A DNA stretch of 63,496 nt, filler included, from Chiloscyllium plagiosum (Eukaryota): NCBI RefSeq assembly GCF_004010195.1. It is 4 parts of one record of this genome, joined end to end, with 100 filler letters (N's around TTAATTAATTAA, not from the genome) between each part and the next. Parts side by side here need not be neighbours in the genome. Positions count along the whole stretch, not along the records: positions 30,908 to 55,149 come from NC_057715.1; 3 more parts are not named here. One strand, 5' to 3'. Shown here one piece after another: positions 38,170 through 51,501 of the stretch (positions within the stretch are counted from its first letter, which is position 1; each line of letters begins with the position of its first letter). Under the pieces are notes generated by a model, which was not told where the DNA came from, searched no databases, and was given only the letters and a program-made list of their open reading frames with translations. The position numbers and the translations under genes are program-made.

Positions 38170-38530
38170 TTTATCTCTGGGTATCAGTGGCTGAGCCAGC
38201 ATTTATTGCCCATCCCTGGGTGTCCTTGAGAAGGTGATGGTGAACTGCCTTTTTTAAGTGCTGCAGATCTACAATGCAATTACAGATGGAGTTCCAGGAT
38301 CTTGAACCAATGACACAGAAGGAACAGTGATCCTAAGTCAAGGGTAGTGAGTGGCTTGGAGTAGAATGTGCAGGTGGTGATGCTGCCATGCGTCTGTTGC
38401 CATTATCATTGCAGATGGTAGAGGTTACAGGCTTGGAAAGTGCTATCGAAGGAGCCTTGGTGAATTTCTGTAATGCATCTTGTAGATGGTACACACAGCT
38501 GCTACAGAGCATTGGTGGGAGAGGAAGTTT
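38170..38530 (-). mobile_element. L2/CR1-group LINE 3' end
   Basis: Homologous to 3740-4150 and 47360-47800. Confidence 0.7.
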
Positions 38531-39059
38531 ATGGATTGTGGATGCAAATTTGTTTGTTTTTCTTGTTTGTTAATGACAGGTGGGATTTTGGTTTCGAATG
38601 TAACCTTGGACGAGTTTCTTACCTGGTCTGTCATTGTCATGCAGCCCACAAAACCAGAGGCAACCATTTCACAGGCACTTTAATAGATACAGCACAGACA
38701 AGGCTGTTATCCTGTGAGCATAGAACAGAAATGCAGAAGAATCTCAAACAGCTACAGCTATAACAGAGCCAGCTTCAGACTCACGGGCAGAGGGAGTTTG
38801 GGTTTACTGGCTGACAGGGGAGGGAACTCTAGATTGTCAGGGGTGTGACAGTGAATGCTGTTGGCCTGAACATGGACAGCATGTTTGTACCCCACAGAGT
38901 CATTATCATTTGTTTGGAATGGTGCTTCAGTGAGTGGAGTAATCTTTTGGAAAATAGTGAGACCCTGCAATCGTCCTTAAACACGGTATTGCAGCCCTGA
39001 AGGTAGCAGTGTGGGCCACAATGTCAGTAAAAGGGTAACACGGGTGTAGGACTGCTTTC

Positions 39060-39240
39060 CCATTAGTGAAAGACAACTGGTGATGGTTTTACCTGAGAGT
39101 CACTATAATTCAGGTAAGGGAAGAGGTTGAGAAGGATTAACCTTCATATATTCTCAGCTGGTTGCAGGAATTGAACCCTTGCTACTGTCTTCACTCCACA
39201 TCACAAACTGGCCATCCAGCCAACTGAGTTAACCAAGCCC
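39060..39240 (-). mobile_element. tRNA-derived SINE (second copy 40960-41172)
   Basis: A-box-like TAACTCAGTTGG and B box GGGTTCAATTCC on -. Confidence 0.65.
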
Positions 39241-39650
39241 AAAGAGCAGCAGGCTTTATTTGTATGGTAACCAGCTGCACTTCATGCCTTTCATGTGAGT
39301 TTTCACTGAGGCACTGGGTGCCTTCTACTTAAACTCCAAAAGAAGATGAGAAATCAGGATAAGCCATCACTGCACCGGGTTTTGTTCACATGAAGTAAAC
39401 CTCACTTCCTGGTTAAAAAGAATGGGCTCCAAGGTCAACAACAGCTTGCACTTCTCGGTACATTGTGCCATCATCATTATGAAATACTCCAAGGTACTTC
39501 AACTGCAGTATAGAATGTGACACCATCCGAGAGGATGAAAAGAGATTCATGACTATAGCTCCAGTGATGAGGAACTTCAACTATAGAGGTAGATTATAGA
39601 AGATGGACCTGTTCTCCTTGGAGAAGAAAAGATTGAGGAGATCTGATGTG

Positions 39651-39835
39651 AAGGCGAAAGTGAGGACTGCAGATGCTGGAGATTAGAGTCAAGATGAGAG
39701 TGGTGTTGGAAAAGCACAGCAGGTCAAGCAACATCCGAGGAACAAGAAAATCGACATTTTGCGAAAAAGCCCTTAATCAGGAATGAGGTTGGGAGCCTTG
39801 GGGGTGGAGAGATAAATGGGAGGGGGCTGGGGTGT
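39651..39835 (-). mobile_element. Family A PLE 3' end inserted in an old CR1 fragment
   Basis: 11-bp TSD GATCTGATGTG (39640-39650 / 39836-39846). Confidence 0.85.
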
Positions 39836-40513
39836 GATCTGATGTGTAGCCTAGACAGAGTAGAAAGTGAGAAACTATTCCCATTGGTAGAAGTGTCCAG
39901 AACCAGAGGTCATCATTTAAGGTGATTATCAACAAAAGCAATAGCAGCATGGGGAAAAGTTATTTTTCTAAGCAGAGAATGGTTTAGTCAAAGATTTCCG
40001 TAGTACAGGTTAGGATCCCAAGTAGGGTCACAAGTTGAAATGTTGTGGTTCTGAGCTCTGAGGCAGTAATATCTGACGTCAACCTCCATCCCTTCCCTCT
40101 TACTCTCATAGATCTTTTACTATACCCCACTTTACTGCCGGCTCCTGTCTCTCAGATTTTGCTGAGGGATCACAACAACTTAAAATGGGATCACAGTGTA
40201 ATAATGTTTGGGAGACACTCAATTAGGACCTGGAATGTATTACCTGAGAATGTGCTGGTGGTAGAATCAATCAGGGTCTCAAATGAGAAATGGATCATTG
40301 CCTGAAGAGAAAATCTTTGCAAGGTGGTGTGAAAAGGAGGCAGGGAGGGAGTAGATGAGGTGCTGTCACAGAGATGGCATAATTGGGCTTCTTCTGTGCT
40401 GTAACTATTCTATAATTCTGTGAAGAAATATATGATACCCACTCACAAAGGGAGATATTAGGGCAAATGACCAAATGTTTGGCTAAAGTGTTTAGACCAT
40501 CACAATCTTTAAT

Positions 40514-40573
40514 AAGGAGAAAGTGAGGACTGCAGATGCTGGAGATCAGAGTCAAGAGTGTGGTGCTGGAAAA
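40514..40573 (-). mobile_element. Very short family A PLE 3' tip
   Basis: Tail homology; flanking direct repeat CAATCTTTAA (40503-40512 / 40583-40592). Confidence 0.75.
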
Positions 40574-41314
40574 TTTATCTCTCAATCTTTAAGTACTAAA
40601 TGCTGACAAGTAGTGTGGCAATTTAAAGACAGTTGAGGTGTTGTAGAGTTGATGAGATGGTGCATGAACATTACCAACATAAATGAGGAAACTGACATAT
40701 TTTCTGATGATGTTGCTGATGTACAGTGAGTTCATGAGAAGTAGGAGGGGGCATTGATGGATCCTTTGAGATTACTAGAGGTAACTGTATGGGAACTGGA
40801 AGAGAAGCCATTGTACATGATGGTCTGTTTATGCTTTTAAATTTCCTTATGCAATTTATGGTTATCCTCTTCCCTACTGACCACCATACAAACTTTCATG
40901 TTATTTGCAAATTTCTTGTACTCATACCCTGATGTTTCAGTCCAAGCCATTATAAAGGTAAAGTTCCCATAGCCCTAGTGCATGATAGGACTTATTATTA
41001 TAGAGATGTGACTGGTGATAATTTACCCTGAGGGATCACCATGCCTCAGGTGAAGGGAGAGGTTGAAAAGGGGAGTGCTTTGTGGTAACTTCGTTGGTAC
41101 AGGATTATGAACACATGCTGTTGGTATTACTCTGTATTGCAAACCAGCCATCCAGCCAATTGAGCTAACAGCTCCAATTAATATCTGAAGAGTTAAAATC
41201 CCTTATAATTGATCAATGGATTTTGTTGTGAGGTATGACATGGACATTTGATGGACAGTGCATTCTGTAAGGTGAGTGGTGCAGGTGATAGAATGTGGTA
41301 TGTGAAGATATTTG

Positions 41315-41530
41315 CACTCACTCATCATTCATTTCAGGTTATTGAGCTTCTTGTGTTACTGTGTCCACTTCCTCATGGCTATACTGCTGATATTGACCCA
41401 TAATGTTAACTGCTCCAACTGCTTATCTGGAGAGCCATACTGTGGATAGAGAGGCTCTCTACTCACATCACTCTCCTGCACCAAGGCCACCACTGCTGAT
41501 TCAGATAACAATGGAGCATGTCTGTCTGAA
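41315..41530 (-). pseudogene. Degenerate Myb/SANT-like ORF of PIF/Harbinger type
   Basis: RHAPLLSESAVVALVQE...LYPQ...QLEQL...VN...RKWTQ*HKKLNNL followed by GTGAGT resembles the Myb_DNA-bind_5/NAIF1-like domain (RAPRFS...W...R.W.QC.KK.NDL). Confidence 0.6.
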
Positions 41531-42721
41531 ATACTGCACCATTCCTCTGCCTTTTCCATGTCAAAATCAGTTCTGTAATGAAGTTCAGCACATTCTCCAG
41601 CCAAATGGAAGGTTCCCTTTAAGAGGTGCTGACTTACTTTTAGTGCTGCTTAGCTCAATGCATACCAGCCTCTCACAATTTTGTGTTTCCTACTCAGGAT
41701 TCCAGCAATTTCACAGAATACTTGGCATAAGCTCCACACTGCAATCATATAATTAAGCAAAAGGCATTTGTGTTGCTGTGTCAGAATGAATGGGTGCTGC
41801 TTAACTGTGTGTAATGATGCCCATGCCTATTTGTGAGTCTTCTTCCCCCCCCCCCCCCCAAGTGAATCCATGTAATATTATGCATTGAGTAGAATTATCA
41901 CTGCAAAATCCAAATATAGGAAAAGCATTTTTTTTCTGCTTTGGGAACATTTAAATCCATGTTAGGAGGCAAGTTGCTCAAAAAATTTAGGGAGGCTTAT
42001 ATCAGCACTCTTGGGGCTCCAGTTGTGGTGTCTCTACTTCCAGACCAGGAGGCCTGCCTTCAAGTGTCATCTGCTCCGGATGTGTTTCATCACATGCCTA
42101 AAGACAGGGGTTAAAAATGTCTACAGCAGCACTGTAAGGAAGAAACCATTGATATCAGCCTGCCACTCTTGTATAAAAGTGCCCTTATCATTTGCCATGG
42201 CAAGTGTGCCATTGTCATCTCTTACACTGATTAAACTCTGCTCTATTTTAGTATTTTTCTTGCTTGCTTAAGTTAGCCATAAAAATCATGGATGTTTAGA
42301 GCAAAAAGGGCTTTGTAAAGGACACGATGCAAACTGTATCATATCCATACGAGTCTCTGTTTATGCAATCTTTCCTAATTACTGCACAGGTCATTTCTAA
42401 TGGTTGCATTTTGGTATAAGTTGATGCTTTTCCGTATGACAGTGATTCTGCATGACTCTGAAGCCATTGTCCGAGACTCCCTCATGGTCAACAAATTCCA
42501 AGACATCATATCATTAAAGAAAGCTGGACAGTCTCGTTCAGTCCATTTTAACACTATTCAGGAATCATTCATAAATATGAAGCAGGAAAGATCCAGATGT
42601 CCTATCAGTAAAGTATTTCACATAAAGAGGAGAGTGTACGGAGATTAAGAATTAAGAGAGCTGTCTCATTTTGAATGATAACATTATATTCTGGAATTTA
42701 AATAGATCATGCCTAGATTTC

Positions 42722-42851
42722 AAATAAAATGAAACACTGCAGATGCTGGAAATCTAAAACAAACATCAACAATTCTGGAGAAACTCAGCAGATCTGGCAG
42801 CATCTGTGGAGAGATAGTGTTTTGAGTCCAAAATGGCTCTTCCTCAGAACT
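42722..42851 (-). mobile_element. Family B-like PLE 3' end with degenerate hammerhead
   Basis: AGTTCTGAGGAAGAGCC...GGACTCAAAAC on -. Confidence 0.7.
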
Positions 42852-43194
42852 GAAATGAGTTGGAAAATTGTGGCTTTTAATACTAAGTTGTACAAGATTG
42901 TGATAAAGTAAAAAGAGAGAAATTATTTTGTCTGGGTCTATAACCAAAGGGTAACACAATTAAGATTTTCAAAAAATTATTTGTATTGCTTGATTGATGT
43001 CAATAGCTAAATTGATCCAATGATCCAATTAGGGCCTTCAACCAATTTTACAAATTGGCTTCTCACTGTGTGAATTGAAGTCCATTTCAAAGCTTAATGA
43101 ATCCATGACTCAGTGACTTTCAGAGACTCTGACAGTTATAATATTTGTAAAGGAAACTGAGATTCATACATTTAAGTAGATATGCTATTGAGCC

Positions 43195-44345
43195 ATAGAT
43201 CATAGAAAGGTTACAGCACAGAAATAGGCCAATCAACACATGTGTCTGTGCCAGCTAAATAAACTGGCTGCCTCTTCTAATCCCCTTTCTAAAACTCAGT
43301 GGCAAGCTTGCAAGTTATACTGCTTAATGTGCAGATCCTTGTTCATTTTAAATAAATTGAGGGTTTTCAACTTCACCAGAAAATATGACAACCATTTGCA
43401 GGACACCCACCACTGTGGATAAAACATTTTCCACATATCCTTTCTACTCCCAATAATCACCTTAAATTTGTGTCCCTTTGTAACTGACCTCTCTGCTAGG
43501 GGAAGTACAACTTCCCTGTCTACTCTACCCAACTCCTTTAGTACATCTTAATTATGTCATCCCTCAGACTCATTTGTTCTATAGAAAATCACAGCCTACA
43601 TAATCTTTCCTCATACCTGCCACTTCCAGACTCCAGAAACATTCCTGTAAATCTCCTCTGTATGCTCTCTCTGACAATTACAGGCAGTGCTGATATGACG
43701 CAATAGTTCTGTTCTCATGCGGTCTTGCGTTATAAGAAAATCATGCAATAATCGCGCCATTTAAACTAATGGGGCAGGAATCGTGTCATTGCAGGTAAGG
43801 AAAGTTTGTATTCTACAGATTACAGTCTAAATTCTTCAAACGCGTTAAATCCAATTCTCATTAAAGAAACATGCATTATGACATTCCTGTAAAGTGGTGA
43901 CGAGAATTGCACATTGAACTCCTGCTGTGGATAACCATTGTCTTTTGTATAGTTGCAAAATCTCATCCCTGCTTTTGTATATGAAGGAAAGCATTTGCCT
44001 TCTCTATCACATTATCTACCTGCGTTGTCACCTCCAGGGACCCATGGACGTGCATTCCAAGTTTTCTCAATTCCTCCATCCCTCCCAATATCCTCCTGGT
44101 TGTTTTGTATTCCTTTTCTCTCTTTGCCCTGCCAAAACACATAACCTCACATTTCTCCCAATTGAATTCTATTTGCCACTTTTCTGCCCACTCAACCAAA
44201 TCATTGCTCTCAGCCTGCATTCCACAGTCATCCTCTTTACTGTCAACAACTGGGACAGGTATTGTTTTGTTTGAAAATTTCCCAATCATGCCTTCCACAT
44301 GTAGATCTAAATCATTAATTTAGACCACAAAGAGCAAGGAGCCCA
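43195..44345 (-). mobile_element. Old CR1 LINE fragment
   Basis: WAEKWQIEFNWEKCEVMCFG...KANA motifs (ORF 43963..44298). Confidence 0.8.
43679..43880 (+). mobile_element. Tc1/mariner (Tigger/MER6-like) MITE fragment inside the CR1
   Basis: Begins TA-CAGGCAG, CpG-richer than flanks, with internal inverted segments; right TIR not clear. Confidence 0.4.
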
Positions 44346-45098
44346 GAATGCAAGTTGTATCACTCCTGTTTCATCTTACATTTTATCATGTTTGACAGTT
44401 TTCCAGCAACAATGGAGCTATTTCTGTGTAAAACAAATTATAAGTAGCTTATTGTACTGATCAGTCCCTGTTAGGTTGAAACGAATATCGCTTATTTCTC
44501 TTGTTAAGTGTCAATTCTATCAAAATAAACAAGTTTTGAAATCTGAACAACTAAACTATCTGGTTTGTTTTTCCCATTGTATAATGTAAAGCTTTTTTTT
44601 GTTTTATTAATATTTTCATATTGATGTAACTTGTTTACTTGCAGCAATACAATAACATGAAATAAAGTTTTGGATTCAGAAGCTAACTTAAACCAAGAGC
44701 AATTAAGCTGTTTTTGCTGATAGCTGTGGATAGTCTACAATAGATGGACAAAAATGTAGTGAAATTCCTGTCCAGTGAAAAACCAAGCCAAAGAGGTTAA
44801 CAGAATATGGTCAACTTTTGATCTGAGCTTGATATCTGTGGTATAACGTGCTCTTGCTTTGCTACCATAGTCAGCATGGAGACAGACACTTTTGTCCAAC
44901 CAGTATAGCTAACCATAATTCCAAACTAATCTAGTCCCACCTTCCTGTACTTGATCCATATCCTTCCTGAAATAACTGCACGGGAGCCAGTATCCCAATA
45001 CCAAGTCACCCTTTATTTATTTGTGTACAGTACACTGGCTATGGCCAGCTAGCTTGGAGTCAGTCCACTCAACTGAGGAGATTCTAATCTCCTGGTTA

Positions 45099-45205
45099 TA
45101 CAACCTATTTTTCAAATCAATCTGTTTCGAGATGTTAGGTGGAACTTGAACCCAGACCTCCCAGTCCAGGGGTACAGAAACGACCACTATACCACAAGAG
45201 GGCCC
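45099..45205 (-). mobile_element. Short tRNA-derived SINE (other copies near 42005-42125 and 53300-53410)
   Basis: B box GGGTTCAAGTTCC on -; 11-bp TSD TCTCCTGGTTA (45088-45098 / 45206-45216). Confidence 0.75.
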
Positions 45206-45267
45206 TCTCCTGGTTACATATATTTTCATTATTCTTTTCCCCGCACTACCACCCAACCCTTACATTC

Positions 45268-45545
45268 TCCCCAGCATTCATATTGTGTGTGCAGGTATGA
45301 GACAACAGGTGTATAAATCTTTATTCATTTTCTACCACCAGGAAGAAAGGAAACACGCAAGTGGCCAGTGACAAGCAGTGCCCTTCACATCAAAGGGCAA
45401 TGCTGTGTGATCAAAAAAGTGAAGGGGAGGGCAGGGATTAAATCAAAATAGAGTTGGAGGGGGAAATAAAGCACTCCACTCCCTGCGGTGCCCACCTCTC
45501 CTTGAACAGCTTGAGGTGTTGGTAGACACCGTGTGCTCCTTCTGC
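45268..45545 (-). mobile_element. Tx1/L1-clade LINE 3' end
   Basis: LFKERWAPQGVEC.ISPSNSILI* resembles the Tx1-like ORF2 C-terminus; AATAAA in the UTR. Confidence 0.55.
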
Positions 45546-48500
45546 AGGGACACTAGGGCATGCTCTCCTGGTTATATGCTCTCCTGGTTCACCCAGGTTA
45601 ACAACTCCAATCAAAAATCTCATAATCAACGAGGTCAACCTGGATCCAATAGCTATACTTCCAAATATTACTTATTCATATGCTTAGTTAAATTTCTTTT
45701 AAACATTGCAACTATACCTGCATCCACTGGACGTTCATTGCACACACAAACCACTGTCTTTCTATAAGAAATTGCCCTCATGTCTTTTTTTAAATGTTTC
45801 TTCTCACCTGAAAAATATACCCCCCGGTTTTAAAATCTCACACCCTAGGGAAAAGCCACCTGCCATTCACTTTATCTATACCCCTCATGTTTTTATAAAC
45901 TTCTATAAGGTCACCACTCAACCATCAATGCTCAAGCAAAAAAGGTCCAGCATATCCAGCCTCTCCTTATAATTCAAACCCTCCATTCCTGACAACATCC
46001 AGGTAAATCTCTTCTGAACCCTCTCCAGCTTAATAATATCCTTCCTGTAGCAGGGAGACCAGAACTGGACACAGTATTCCAGAAGAGGCCTCACGAACGT
46101 CCTGTACAACCTCAGTATAATGTCCCAACTCCGATACTCAAAGATCCGAGCAATGAAGGCAAGCATGCTAAGCATCTTCTTAATCACCCTCTCTATATGT
46201 GACACAAACCTCAAAGAATTATGTACCTGAATCTCTTGATCTCTCTGTTCTACAACAAGGACCTACTTTTAATTGTATAAGTCCTGCCCTTGTTTGTTGT
46301 ACCAAAATGCAATACCATGCATTTGCCCAAATTAAACTCCATCTGTTGCTCTTCAGCCCATTGACCCAATTGATTAAGATCTCTTTGTAACCTTAGACAA
46401 CCTCTTCACTGTCCACTATACCACCAATTGGGTTTAAATGTGACAATCCAACACTTGAATACTCATCTATAAACTTCTTTTAAATTTTGAAAGCTCACTG
46501 AATAATGTCGTAGACAGCAGTGCAAACAACCACAAGCATTCAAAGCAGAGAAAAAAAATCAGGCCTTTGTGATTGGATAACGCAAAGCTTGGACAGCAAA
46601 TCCCTGAAACAAAAGTGGGACAGTAAACTGTGACTTTGTTTGGTTTTATATTGAATACAATTCTTCATTTCATTTTCTTAGGACCTCAGAACTGAAGCAA
46701 TGGTTGAACATTCCGGATAACATTTTATGAATCATTACATTCACATGGGAAGACATAAGCAACATTGCTCCCAAAGCAGTAATAACAAAGCAAAATTAAT
46801 GATTCAGAGACATATTAGATAGATTAAATTCCTAAATAAGCTAAATGACTCACAACAAACTAATTCCCAGGCATTGTTGGTAATTGTGTCAGACCATGAA
46901 AGATAGACAAAGGAGTTATAAAACAGTAATTGCATACTGGAGTGAAGAAAGTTGAGTGTAAACAAGCCAACCGAGATGGTCATTTCCTTTAATTGAAGGT
47001 AACAAAGTAAATGCAGACAAGTACAGATTTCAGCATTACTTTCTGGAACTCCATGCTGTGAAACCTCAATCTCTCCTTTCTAACACTTTAGCTTTTCACC
47101 AAAACTTGATTGCCTTGTGTCTCACGAGTGATTCAACAGTCACCCCAGTGATCCCCATCTCTATTTTCCTACTATATCACCAAAAAAAACCTCTTCAAAT
47201 TATCTTGCTTCTGCAGCACAGTAGCAAATCACTCTACCCAATCCCACCCATCTAATCCTATTAGTAGATCTTCCTTCTCCTTCACTCTCATGTAGTTAGC
47301 TTCTGCTTAAATGGAGCAGTACAATAATATCATTGATTGTTCTGTGCTGTTGTGTAGGTGCTATGTCTAGCATTTACTGTCCATTTCTAAATGTCATTGA
47401 GAAGGTGATGGTGAGCCACTTCCTTGAATTGCTACAGTTCATGTGGGTAGGTCATGAACTTATTATTTTAGATGATAGTGGTTGCATATGGGGAGGTTCT
47501 ATCGAAGAAGCAATTTGGCGATTTGCTGTATGGAGAACACATTGCATCTTTAGATACAATGGTAACCGAAGTACATGTTAAGGTGCTGGGTAAAGTGACA
47601 ATGATGCAGACGATTTCATCTTGAATGATGTTACTTTTTTGAATGTTATTGGAGCTGCATTCAGTAAGGCAAGTGGAAAATATTCTATCACACTTCTGAC
47701 TTGCATCTTGACGATTGTGGCTCGACTGTGGGGAGACAAGGGTGAGTCATTCAGAGCAGTAACTCCTAACTGCTCTTGGAGACACAATAATTATCCAGCT
47801 GGTCCAGTTAAAGTTAACAGTTATAGAAACAAGTGGTCTTGGTGACTGTGTGGATATAAGTTTAGCAGCTAATTTGGGGTCAACTACAACAGCAGGATAA
47901 TCTGGTACAGCTTCAAACAATTGTCAAGTAGAAGGATGGAGTTAATGGTGAGGTAATGGAATTTGTAGCATGGATTGAAGACTATGGTCCAAATCTTCCA
48001 GTTCTATTAGCACAGAATAGTGAGGAACTTGTTGGGATTGAGAGTTGCACAGATTTGGAAGAACTGATAGGTCACCATACACTGGAACCCCAAACTTTCC
48101 ATTGCCTGAGATGGTTTCATGGCTGCCTCTGCTTGTGGCCCCAACTTGACCTCTCAACATATAAACCTGGGTAGTTTGCCTTCTTATAATCCTGATTTAT
48201 TGAGTGCTGCTCTTAGAAAGCAGAATGGCAAATAGGAGTGATCAGGAGCCAAAGCTTCACTCTCCTGTCACCCAAAAACACCAACTGCAACCAAACCCCT
48301 ATCAACACACCCAACTTGCCTCCACACTGACACCCTGGTCATAACCCACCACTGGCATTGCTGACTTACTGATACCCTCTACTCAGTCTCCTACTGACAA
48401 CACAGCTCAACACCCCTGCTGGACATTACGTATGCTTGAGCAAACATTTCTAGTTTTATAATTGGGGAAAGTCATTGTTGAAGTTCCTGAAGATGGTTCA

Positions 48501-49160
48501 GTCTAGTGAACTGCTCTGCGGAAATACTTATCAATATCTTTGGCTAAGATGACAAGACCAAAGTAAGGGTGTAGATGGAATACTCTTCCCTGCGATACTC
48601 AAAAAGCTTAACAGCATCCAAAACAAAGCAATCCACTTGATATGGCCCCCAATTGCCACCTTAAACAAACAATTCCTCTTCTGACACACTATGTCTGAAG
48701 TGCGTACCATCTACAAGATGTACCCCTATAAACTTCCTGGACTTTAATCTCACAATTTAAGACCATAAGACCATCATAGATAGGAAGAGGCATACATTAT
48801 TTAGCTCTTCAATGTCGAGAGTGTGTGCTGGAAAAGCACAGCAGGCCAGGCAGCATCCGAGGAGCAGGAGAATCGACGTTTCAGGCAAGAGCCCTTCATT
48901 TGGCCTCTCAAACCTGCTCTGCCATTTTATAGGATCATGGCTAATCTGACATTCCTCATGTTCAGTTTGCTGCGTTTTCCTCATAACTCTTGATTCACCG
49001 ACTACCAAGAATCTATCTATTGCCATCTTAAATATACACAAGGACTCTGTCCCCACAGCTCTCTGTGGCAAGGAATTCCAAACATTCTCAACCGTCTGAG
49101 AGAAGAAATTCCTCCTTTTCTCAGTCCTAAATTGACACCCCTTTATTCTGAGACAATACA

Positions 49161-49791
49161 GAGCTGAAAATGTGTTGCTGGAAAAGCGCAGCAGGTCAGG
49201 CAGCATCCAGGGAACAGGAGAATCGACGTTTTGGGCATAAGCCCTTCTTCAGGAATGAGGAAAGTTTGTCCAGCAGGCTAAGATAAAAGGTAGGGAGGAG
49301 GGACTTGGGGGAGGGGCGTCGGAAATGTGATAGGTGGAAAGAGGTCAAGGTGAGGGTGATAGGTCAGACGGGGGTGGGGGCGGAGAGGTCGGGAAGAAGA
49401 TTGCAGGTTAGGAAGGCGGTGCTGAATTCGATGGATTTGACTGAGACAAGGTGGGGGGAGGGGAAATACCTTGTCTCAGTCAAATCCATCGAACTCAGCA
49501 CCGCCTTCCTAACCTGCAATCTTCTTCCCCACCTCTCCGCCCCCACCCCAGTCTGACCTATCACCCTCACCTTGACCTCTTTCCACCTATCACATTTCCG
49601 ACGCCCCTCCCCCAAGTCCCTCCTCCCTACCTTTTATCTTAGCCTGCTGGACAAACTTTCCTCATTCCTGAAGAAGGGCTTATGCCCGAAACGTCGATTC
49701 TCCTGTTCCCTGGATGCTGCCTGACCTGCTGCGCTTTTCCAGCAACACATTTTCAGCTCTGATCTCCACATCTGCAGACCTCACTTTCTCC
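49161..49791. mobile_element. Near-perfect palindromic Neptune-type PLE insertion
   Basis: Arms 49160-49452 and 49468-49760, 15-nt spacer, extra 31-nt tail on the right, 14-bp TSD TCTGAGACAATACA (49147-49160 / 49792-49805); hammerhead 49664-49699. Confidence 0.95.
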
Positions 49792-50568
49792 TCTGAGACA
49801 ATACACTCTGGTATGAGATTCTCACATGAGGGGAAACATCCATTCAGCATATATCTTGCCAAGCTCCTTGAGTAGCTTTTATGTCTCAATTGGGTTGGGA
49901 TAGCTAGACGGCAAGGACAGGTTGGACCGAAGGGTCTGTTTCCATGCTATACATCTCTATGACTCTATGAGTTCACCTATCATTCTTCTAAACTCCAGTG
50001 AGTAGACTCCCAGTTTGTTTAGCCTTTGCTGATAAGACAATTCCTTCATATTGGGCATCATCCTGGTAAACCTTCTCTGAATTTCCTCCAAAAATGATAA
50101 GGGTACCAAAACGCTTACAGTACTCTAAATGTAATTTCGCCGGCCCCTTGTAGAGCTGCAATTCCCTACTGTTATTCTAAAACCCAGTTGAAATTAGGGC
50201 AAACATTCCATCAGCCTTCCTGATTACCTGCTGCACCCATGTATTAGCTTTCTGGGTTTCACAAGTACCTCCCAGTCCCGTTGAACACCTTTTTTCTATT
50301 TAACTAATATTCTGTTCTTTTGTTCTTCTTTCCAAAATGAAGAATTTCACATTTTCCTGCATTGCCAACTTTTTGCCCACTTATTTGGTCCATCAATTTC
50401 TTTCTGTGAACTATTTGTACCTCTCCCTTAACTTGCCTTTCCATTTATTTTTGTGTTATCTGCAAACTTGGTTCCAGTATATTCACTTCCTTCCTCCAAG
50501 TCATTAATATATATTGTGAGCAATTGACTTCCCAGCACTGTTTCTTGTGGATCTACATTGGTCACAGG

Positions 50569-51501
50569 ATAAAAGCAAACTACTGCGGATGCTGGAATCT
50601 GGAATCTGAAACCAAAAGAGAAAATGCTGGAAAATCTCAGCAGGTCTGGCAGCATCTGTAAGGAGAGATAATAATTTGTGTTGCAGATGTTTCGTCCCCT
50701 GTCTAGGTGACATCCTCAGTGCTTGGGAGCCTCCTGTGAAGCGCTTCTGTGATCTTTCCTCCGGCATTTATAGTGGTTTGAATCTGCCGCTTCCGGTTGT
50801 CAGTTCCAGCTGTCCGTTGCAGTGGTCGGTATATTGGGTCCAGGTCGATGTGCTTATTGATTGAATCTGTGGATGAGTGCCATGCCTCTAGGAATTCCCT
50901 GGCTGTTCTCTGTTTGGCTTGTCCTATAATAGTAGTGTTGTCCCAGTCGAATTCATGTTGCTTATCATCTGTGTGTGGCTACTAAGGATAGCTGGTCGTG
51001 TCGTTTCGAATTCGACTGGGACAACGCTACTATTATAGGACAAGCCAAACAGAGAACAGCCAGGGAATTCCTAGAGGCATGGCACTCATCCACAGATTCA
51101 ATCAATAAGCACATCGACTTGAACCCAATATACTGACCACTGTAGCGGGCAGCTGGAACTGACAACCGGAAGCGGCAGAGACAAACCACTATAAATGCCG
51201 GAGGAAATATCACAGAAGCGCTTTACAGGAGGCTCCCAAGCACTGAGGATGTCACCTAGACAGGGGACGAAACATCTGCAACACAAATTCCCAGCTCGGC
51301 GAACAGAACCACAACAACGAGTAGCCAAGCTACAAATCTTCTCACAAACTTTGGAGAGAAAAGAGTTGATGTTTCAAGTCTAAATGACCCTTTGTCAAAG
51401 CTTTGACAATGAGTCAGTTCGACTCTAAATATCATCTCTTTTCTCTCCTTACACATGCTGCCAGACCTGCTGAGATTTTCCAGCATTTTCTCTTTTGGTT
51501 C
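50569..51501. mobile_element. Family C palindromic PLE-derived element (outer)
   Basis: 13-bp TSD CATTGGTCACAGG (50556-50568 / 51502-51514); symmetry centre AGCT 51399-51402. Confidence 0.85.
50673..51352. mobile_element. Palindromic Poseidon-type PLE (inner, nested)
   Basis: Left arm (-) 50673-51007 and right arm (+) 51008-51352 match 31960-32317; 7-bp direct repeat GGAGAGA (50662-50668 / 51353-51359). Confidence 0.9.

Larger units (their letters stand above)
44968..45657 (-). mobile_element. Solo LTR carrying nested SINE and Tx1 insertions
   Basis: TG start and TA (degenerate CA) end on +, 5-bp TSD CTTCC (44963-44967 / 45658-45662), AATAAA near the - strand 3' end. Confidence 0.65.
44870..46430 (-). 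mobile_element. CR1 LINE 3' region interrupted by a solo LTR
   Basis: LYRTFVRPLLEYCVQFWSP...LERVQKRFT (ORF 45918..46214); CR1 halves 44870-44967 and 45658-46430. Confidence 0.85.

Noticed and set aside
1070..46730. Several AG...GT exon-like segments (about 1070-1152 -, 8065-8130 +, 18207 +, 25112-25135 +, 46682 +)
   Set aside because: They have stops in the plausible frames or no recognisable peptide, and no consistent multi-exon gene could be assembled.
49305..49642. Mirror-image ORFs on both strands
   Set aside because: A trivial consequence of the palindromic PLE UTR; not coding.
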